DNA of 63,808 nucleotides, filler included, from Collodictyon triciliatum (taxonomy: Eukaryota), in NCBI GenBank assembly GCA_043381765.1. It is 5 parts of 5 records of this genome, joined end to end, with 100 filler letters (N's around TTAATTAATTAA, not from the genome) between each part and the next. Parts side by side here need not be neighbours in the genome. Positions count along the whole stretch, not along the records: positions 53,187 to 63,808 come from JBHJMP010002070.1; 4 more parts are not named here. The stretch is one strand, 5' to 3'. The translations under genes were made by a program, and so were the position numbers. The number at the start of each line of letters is the position of its first letter. Position 1 is the stretch's first letter. The notes below the pieces were generated by a model. The model searched no databases and was not told the origin of the DNA. It saw only the letters and a program-made list of their open reading frames with translations. Positions 55,313 through 63,808 of this stretch are shown one piece after another.

Positions 55313-58300
55313 TTATGTGTATTTCTTCTTTGCGCGAAAGAACGCGGGCTTCATGACCGTGTGCTGGGCAGACGAATCCGACTCTTGAGTCGTAGAGTTG
55401 CCCTGTTGAGAGCTCACAGTTATATTGCCCTGTGAAGATGACGGTGGGAGTCCAGGAGGCAACTCAGAAGCCACATCCAAGGATGTCTTTGGTCGGGTCG
55501 ATGAAACAGCATCAGCCAAAGGCGCCTGGCGAAGCGAAGAGCTCATGCGCAAAGGAGACGATGCGCCTCGGGCCCTTTCACCTGTGCGAGACGAACTTGG
55601 ACGAGAATCCTGGGGCTTCTCCTTCCCAGCCAAAGTGTCATTCTCCTGCAGGCGAGAAGCTGGGCGAGAAGATGGCGAGAACAAAGGCTGCTCGGTGCTG
55701 CCTGCTGACTGGTTCCATCTCCTAGAGTCTACAATCTTGTTTTGCTGGTTCACATAGTCGGGAAGGTCGTCGTTGTCTTCGGCGTTTGTTGGGGCTGCGA
55801 GTGTCTCGTTCTGTGTACTTTGCTTATGTGTGTATCTTTGTTCAGAGGAGACGCGCATCGGGGTATCGGTATTTGAAGGTGCATTCTCTGCCATGTCTTT
55901 TTCTTCCACTTGGTGCTGTTGCTGTTTTTGTTGTTCTTGATGTTGTGTACGCTGTGAGCGAGCAGAGCTGTTTGGGCGGGATGCATTTTCTCCAGGCGTT
56001 AGTCTCTGCTTAGCTGGCGTGGACATATTCACGTTCGGTTCGGATGATTCCGCGATTTTCATGCGCGAAAAGGATGAAGACAGGGAAAGACCATCTGGTG
56101 CATTCGTCTTTGTTTTTTCTTTTGACGCAGGCGTTGCCTGGATGTCGATATTTCCAAGTGCCGTCTCTGGTCCATCACTGTCGTATGATTCAAGTTTCTT
56201 TGCACCTGAATCGACTGGGCTGTGCGGTACTGATTCGTTATCAGACTCGGAGTCGTGGATTGGTGACGGATGTTTTGGCTTCTGTGCCTCTTTTACCGCA
56301 CCCTCTGCTTCATTCCTGGTGGTAAAGTGGTTCTTTTTTCTTGAGGCCTCCAAGTCGCTTGGATGATTAGGCATATTACATGAGTCTGTGTTGACTGGGA
56401 CTGGGTTTGATACGGGTTCTTCAGCAACTTGTATGGCTTTGGGTGGTTTTTCACGCGAAGAAGAATCTTTCTTGACTTCGTGGAAAGCTGGCTGAGGCTC
56501 AATCTCCAAGTAGCCGTGGGTTGGGGTATTTTCGCGGGTTGTGCTTGGAAGCTTCTCAGTGGTCATCGAATTGGGAGGGGATTCGGGCTTGCGTTGTGCT
56601 TCCTCCTCGGTGTTTTTGACGGGCGGTCGTGATGGTGATGGTTCCTCGCGAATTGTGTCGTTTTTTTCCAACGCTGATTTGGGGTCAAAGATAGGGCGGC
56701 CTTTTGGTTTGCTGTTGGAGTTGCGGTCAGGTTTGGGCCCAGTCTTGTTTGGTCTATCTCTTACGTGCAGCTGTATCCATTATGCATTTATTTTGTAGAG
56801 AAAGCGATGAAGGGCTGTTAGTAAATTGATGGGTAGAGTGTGCATTCGTAAAGTCGAGTGTTTGGTAATTTTCAATGATATGATAAAAATTACCTTAATA
56901 ATCTCATTCGCTTCGGTCAGCTCCTTTCGTAATTGTTCGATCTCGTTAGTTGAACTTTTGACTTGAAGACGAAGCTTTTTGAGTTCCTATGGATGGATAA
57001 ATCAATAAAGAAATTTTTCACTTCAACTGAGATGATTATTTTTGTGATGACATGTAAAAGCGTTCATATTTGCTTATCGAAAACTACCTGGTCCTTTGAA
57101 TTTTGTAAAACACCAATCTTGTACTCCAATTCCTAGAATGATAAAGAAACCCAGCAAATAAGTAAAAAAATCACTATAATTACGCCAATTAATGTAAAAA
57201 TATGCTTCGACAAAATGACGTTTCTTACAGCAATAACATTTTCTTTATCAATTAATTGTTTCCTCAATTTCTGGTCTTCCTCTACAATATTTTCATCTAA
57301 ATTCCTGCTTTTCAGAATTTGTTCAAGTTTTATACATCGCTCCTGGCAAATGAGAGTTTTTAGTTAAAGCAATCAAAGAAAGCAATTGGGAAAAAAATGC
57401 AACAAAGAGGTATGGTAATTTCTGTTAATCGTCATATATGCTTGCAGACTCACTTTGAGTTTGGTTGTTTGCTCTTCATGAAATTTGATGGTTTTGTCGC
57501 TAACAGACAGCTTCTGTTGGTATCCCTTGATTTTTTCCTTTTTGAATAGTATTATATGATTTTTCTTCTTCTCGGAGGAGGGAGGAGCAAGAACAAAGAG
57601 GGTGCTATCGAATATGGTAGAAAATAGCGAGAAATCAAGATTACTTTTAAAACTTTGATATCAACTTGAAAAGATTCTATAAGTCTCGGGATATCTGCTT
57701 GCTGGTGGTCAAGATTAGATATGGCCTTCTCTTGTCGACGTGCCATCTTAGTAGATAATGTGATTAGAATTTTAGATAAAGAAAAAATAGGCAAACTGAT
57801 TACAAGTCTTATGAGAATATTTGAGATTCTGAATTACTTTTTTTTTTTTTTTTTAGTGATATGGTTACCGTGACAAGAGTTCGGTTCTCTTCTTTTAGCT
57901 GTTCGATTATCTTGTCCTTTTCTGCAACCACGTTTTCCAAGTCCACAGCCTTTTGGATTCTCCTAAACATATATACAAAGTTGAGGGAAGGAATTATTTG
58001 AACAATTGCCGTATCCATCCAGTTGGTGTAAAGATTGCTTAAATGCTAAACAACAAACTTTATCGGTGCTGGTGCTATTTGCGCAGCAGCTTTCATTTTT
58101 CCTAATTTGGTCGAAATATATTTTTTTTAAAAGAAAAAACAGAATGAAGGTGAGCTATTCTCCTCATGAGAAACTGCCGGTATGTATGGGATATGGTGAA
58201 ATATTGAGATTTATATTGTTGTACCAGTACCCGACTTTTTGTCAGACATTCTGGGGGGAGCTCGAGAAGTACCAACAGGCGTAATCTATATTTTTAAAAG

Positions 58301-59452
58301 AAAATTAATGGGATTGAGTCTTGAAATGAACATGTATCAAGTAAATTCATATTAATGCATTTTTCGCTTCCTTCATTGCATAGAGTAATCAATTCCCACC
58401 ACAATTCAAGGAATGAATTCCTTACCTTTCTGTTGACTGCTCGTGTTGTTCGAAGTGAGTCATATTGAAAGTGTTGTCACAAAACGGCGATTTAGACATG
58501 AAACATGATTCAATGATATGTGTCAATAACAATAAAAAAAAATAATGTTTTCGTCCGGCTTTGAGTCGAATAAAGGGAACCTGTGCTGACTTTTGGCACG
58601 CTTCCGGAACCCGTTGGTTTTACTGGCTGTGCCTGATTTTGAGGCCGGGGGACGACTGAAGGAGAAACCCGATTGGCGGGTGGCTGACTTTTTACTTGCT
58701 CTGGCTTGACTCGCTGCTCTGTTTTTTGGGGTGCGTAGTGCTGTTGTTGGTAGTAAACAACGGGCTCGAAGTTCTATGGTTCATGAGACTGAGATATATG
58801 TATGACACTAGGAGAAGGCAGAGGCACAAAGTTGTACGTATGACGACAGAAAAAGCAAGCAAACCTCTTTCTTTTGATCTTTACTTTGGACGTCTGCACT
58901 GGGCTCAAAAGATTGTGAAAATGGAAACTTTTTTTCTTGAGTGCCTGCTGACTTGTGCAAAGAAGACGGCTCAGCCGCGTGTGAAGTGTTTGCTGGTAAA
59001 GTACTTGCGGAGCTTTGTCTCGATGTGGGTTTCTCAGTGTATCGCCTCGGAGAAGAAATATCTGCCTGTTGAGTGATGAAGCTGGACTGGTGCTGGCCAA
59101 CAAATGAGTGTCGAAGAGTTGGGACGGGTAGCGGGTCTGCTTGTTCGTCTTGTTCTTCTTGTTCGTCTTGTTCTTCTCGATCGTCTTGTTCGTCTTGTTC
59201 GTCTTGTTCGTCTTCGTTTTGAGGATTGATCGAAGGTTTGTTGTACCTCTCAACTTCTTCCTCTTCTTCCTCTTCTTCCTCTTCTTCCTCTTCTTCCTCT
59301 CCTTCCTCTTCCCCCTCCTCACGAAGGCTGTCCTCTTCTTCGCTGTCTGATACCAGCAAGTGTTTGGAGGCTGGGTTTGCTTCTGTGTTGCGTGCTACGT
59401 GTGCTTCGTTATCAAAGGAGGCCTCTTCAAAATCCTCGTCGTAGTCGCTCAT
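55313..59452 (-). CDS. Lebercilin (LCA5)-domain coiled-coil protein with acidic N-terminus and long disordered C-terminus
   Basis: Central exons give LKEENRTLVTMARRQEKAISNLDHQQADIPRLIESFQVDIKVLKEKIKGYQ, matching the lebercilin pattern RQEKAL......I..LI.......LKE. Start MSDYDEDFEE. Confidence 0.65.
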
Positions 59453-59547
59453 AAGCAAGAGGCTGTTTGGCGCGCCCTTATTTGCTGGAAAGTTACTTCG
59501 TAAACTAAGAAAGCATAGTGTTGTCTCATCGATTGAAAATTATTGTA

Positions 59548-59598
<51 letters not shown>
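59548..59598. repeat. (TAAA)n microsatellite
   Basis: Visible directly. Confidence 0.95.
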
Positions 59599-60294
59599 AA
59601 TGTAAACCTAATGTTCATAGTCACTACAGTGATTAAATAAGATAAAAATCCAATAACAAAGAGATCTATAGGAATAGTAATTATGAAGGAAGCACATAAT
59701 AAGAAAGATATGCTGCTGAAATAAATAAGGGGAGCAAAGAAGTAAAAAAAAATAAAAAAAAATAGTTGAAGTAATAACGGACTTTGGTGCGAGGGTGAAG
59801 AAAACACTTATTGAACTCGTCAAGGCGGTCAGAAAAGACGAAAAAAAGGGCGGGCTTTGAAAAGAAACGCGGCTAAGACACAATCTACGACTCCACCTTC
59901 TTGTCATCCAGGAGGTATACCGAGCCTCGTCTGGGTATGTATCTTGTTACCAATGGGCTTCTCTTAAGACCAAACCTCAGACGCTCGTACCCCTGCAAGC
60001 CTCTTCGCACTGATTCAAAATTAGGTCGTAACGTCCGCTGCAGCTTTCTTGATTTCTCATACCATATATATCATGTCATCGCGGATGCGCGCTTCCGTAT
60101 TCCCGCCCAACCCGCCGCACGCCAATGAGTCGTAACTGTTCCTCAGAGAAGCATTCTGTTTTCATAGTCAACAGCCATCCTTTGCTTTACGGCTCTGCGC
60201 GTCCACACGCGTCGTATTTGTCACGCAACCCCCTGTTTTGCAGCTGTTGGATAAGTCTGGCGATACAACTCACTTAAAATCGCCAAAGGAAAAA

Positions 60295-60357
<63 letters not shown>

Positions 60358-60503
60358 GAAAAAAAAAAGAGAAAAGAAAAAAAGAAAAGAGAATTACTGT
60401 GTGATCGTCATCTTTGTTTTTGTTAACTGTTTGTCAAAACACTCCCAAGCCCGACGCGCCTTGAGCATATAGAGTGCCCTCTCAGTCGAAGCAGGCAGCG
60501 CTC

Positions 60504-62958
60504 ATGGCGGAAAGCCCGCAGCAGAAACCCGCTCGCCCAATGCCGCCCTCAATCGACACACTCCGAGTCGATCCAACTGGGGCGTTTGGATCCAAAGCAC
60601 ACCTCTCGCCTCACCTTGAAACCCACACCCCAAAACCTCCGCGCACGCCCAGAACTCCGCACTCTTCTCGTAATTAACAGTTGGAATCATCGATCATGAT
60701 TTTTTTTTGAACCAAAGATTCCCAAGAAAAAAAAAAGAACAAAGAGCAAAGAGCAAAGAAGGAAAAAAGAAAAAGAAAAAGAGAAACGCTTCAGAATATC
60801 GTATCGACAGCCCATTTTTTTTCTTACCATGCGTGATATTTCTCCTACACACTCATCACCCTTACCCTGGTCACCAATTTCGTCCATACTATACATGTGT
60901 TTATATTTTATGATACTTTTGAGATGTACACAAGCTTATGTTCATATTTTTTTCTGTTTATTCGAAACTAACTGATTTACTCCCTAACCTACTTCACTTT
61001 AAGATGGGCGAAAAAGATACGACAACAGCAGGTACCATGTTTATCTTAACTATTAACTACTCTGTTCTATATATTCGCATTCCAAAGAGCATATTGCCTC
61101 AAAACAACATGGACACCGCTTTATCACTTTCAATATCTCTCAGACAGTCGCATATTCAATTATCCCACTTTCTATCAAAGATTAACTGTTTTTGTTGTAC
61201 ATTAAGAATCACAACTTTGAGTGAATTCTTGAATCTCGACGATTTAATCAAGCTTCAGTTCGAGTTGAATGATCGTGGAAAACGAGACACAAACCCTATT
61301 AGATTAGAAGAGGTATTCCAGTGTACTATATCTTTCATTTTTTGGTTGAATATATTTGTAGTCATAATTAACTTATTGTTCGATATTACATTAGTTCATA
61401 AGAATATTCCAACAAAAACTCGGAAAACTAAAATCTGAACAAGAGCTCACTCGCCTATTTGGCAAAATTGACGCAAACTCAGATGGACTAGTGGACTGGG
61501 AAGAATTCATTAATTACTTTCTAATAGAGACGGAACATGTATCATCCATCTCTTCTGAAAATACAGTAAGTTCTATGCAATATTCTCATCCTTTCATTTA
61601 ATTTTTTACACGCCTCGGTATGATCCACTTTGCATAGCCTCTGTTGGTATAAATGAATAGAACATTACACACACAAGATATTGATACTCTTTAATATAGA
61701 TAAACATGATTTACTCTTTACCTGAATACACCGACCCAGGGTCATCCAAGATGTGCCATAAACAAGGTATTATTAAAATAATCCCATTAAAATTGGATGC
61801 ATCAGCCGTTACCTCAGATAGATATGTAACCATCAGGTTCCTTTTTTATATATATTAATAGCCAAGAACAGTCATAAAGTTTACATTGTGAAGATGAGCC
61901 ATTTAAATTTAACTATATCGAGAATATAACACTCAGATATATGTTACTTATCTCATGATTTATGCACACCCAGCGCTGACGGTTTCATTCGGTCATGGAA
62001 TCCTCAGAACTTAAAATTCAGAAACTGTGTTGATCACTCCAAAGTATGGGATGCTCTCGCTCCACAAGTTCCTGCAGAGCCCGGACGTGTTATTCCAAAG
62101 CATTCTCAACCTGGAATTTCACCTCCTTACATCTCTGACATTTTTCATTTCCCAGAGATAAATGAGTTGATTGTAACATCCATGGACCGAACGTGAGTAG
62201 AATTAAGGATGATTTTCCTCTTTGTCATGATTGTCAAGATATTGCTTTATCATAATGAAAACTTTAACGGTGGATATAAAGGAAGTGTCTGAACAACAAA
62301 CAATGCCATAATCAGCAGTAAAATCTGGAATAAATAGAAAACTTTGAAGAAAATATTTTCTTTTCTTCGCTTCACTTCACTTCGTGCACAAAACATGTTA
62401 TCTATAACATTTGCCGTATCTATTCTCAACTCTATGTAGGATGTCTTTTTATGATCCTATATCTCTGGAGCCACGCAGACGAATTAGAGAACTTCCTCAT
62501 TCACCCCTTTGTCTCGATGGTTTCTGTTCGGCAGATAAAAAGATACTTGTATACGGAGATGACCATGGCTTTATATATTATACATTTGTGGAGCACACAT
62601 CGCTCCTTAGCCGTGCATCCTTCAAAAAGGTACAGCTCTACTTTCAATCATCTTACATGAGCTTCTGGTTTCGTGAACGAAATTCTAACCTTTCACATTG
62701 CGAGTACCTCACAAAATTTGTAAAAATAAAATAAAAATAATTGGGAACAGGTGAGAGTTCATAGCGACTGGATAACAAAAATAAAATATGTACGTGATAT
62801 TGACTGCATTGTATCATGTTCTTTGGACGCAAAAATAGTCCTCGTGGATAGAAATTTTGATACCGTCCGCGCTTTGGAGGGCTCTCAAAAGGTTAGCTAG
62901 GTGTCTCTTACGGAAGAGGTGGACGCCAGAATATCATATTAAACTTTATCATAAAAGT

Positions 62959-62993
<35 letters not shown>

Positions 62994-63022
62994 TTTTATT
63001 TTTTTTTTTTTTTTTTTTTTTT

Positions 63023-63055
<33 letters not shown>

Positions 63056-63712
63056 GGTATACACAACTTTGCGTGGAATCCGATAAACAAAACTATTGCT
63101 AGTTGTGGAATCGACCGCTCTATGTATGTTTATATGATCGTTAACGAATGGAGTATGAAGTTTTTGTATTGCTGACTATTCTCGATTTTGTTGGAAAAAA
63201 AAAACAACCTTCTATACATATTCAATCTCATTATTTTTCAAATCCCAACCCCATTAGATATATATGGAATCCATATATTTCAAATCCAATCGCTATATTG
63301 CTTAACTCGACTGGCCCGATTGTTCAAGTAGCTTTCAATCACTTTGATTCTCATGTTTTGGCTTTATCTCCATCGGTATGCAAAAAAATTTTCAAGAAAA
63401 AAAAGAGACATGATCAAAAAATTGCGACATATTTTAATGCCATAAATAATGTACTACTATTTTAATCCAGACTACTGCTTCATTTTATTACATCACTTTC
63501 TTGCGATACAATAATTATAGATGAATGGTTTAATCAACACCTTAAATCTCACGAAAAGGAAATTCATGTCTGGGATGTCAGATCACATCAAAAGATTCAA
63601 ACCATGGAACTTCACTCTCCATACTTGTGTGATTCGAAATTATCTGCATTGTATTTTGATGCCCATCAAAAATGTGTAGTTCTTGGGTCACTGAGGCTTT
63701 TATCATTTAAGG
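60504..63712 (+). CDS. EF-hand plus WD40 repeat protein (WDR49/EFCAB8/WDR64-like), 3' truncated
   Basis: LTRLFGKIDANSDGLVDWEEFINYFL, then WD40 exons ADGFIRSWNP, LVYGDDHG, HSDWITKIKY, SCSLD, FAWNP..IASCGIDR and YIWNPYISNPIAIL. Confidence 0.75.
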
Positions 63713-63808
63713 TTGTTTTTTTTTTCTCTTCATTTTTTTAAAAAAAAAAAAAAAATATTTTTATTTATTATTTTAAAAAAAACTAAAAAAAAAAAAAAAA
63801 AAAAAAAA

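Overview
Intron-rich nuclear DNA from a flagellated microbial eukaryote (exact lineage not identifiable from the sequence). The window is not one locus. It is five segments joined by an artificial 100-nt spacer (44 N + TTAATTAATTAA + 44 N), with descending lengths (at least 13210, then 13199, 13197, 13180, and a truncated fifth), so gene order across spacers is meaningless. I built gene models by hand from GT-AG junctions: CEP164, a catalytically dead Abhydrolase_5-type protein, an EF-hand protein, an orphan gene, a peroxisomal SCP2 protein, RBM39, V-ATPase subunit d, a multi-ASH/Ig-like-domain protein, SERCA, a zf-C3Hc3H protein, a TKL kinase, an intact alpha/beta hydrolase, a lebercilin-like protein and an EF-hand/WD40 (WDR49/EFCAB8-like) protein. 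The best candidate for an undescribed system is a 12-exon, about 1596-aa gene (44344-50952). It fuses cytosolic LRRs (mostly one repeat per 69-nt phase-0 exon) to a TRP channel and a SPRY domain. The channel carries both the polycystin-2 TOP domain and TRPM/TRPC-type pre-S1 and TRP/PPP motifs. A second signal is a non-LTR retroposon family ending in ...TTTGAATCGAATAAAGG(A)n that leaves very short insertions with 11-17 bp target-site duplications. All family assignments come from remembered motifs; no database search was run.
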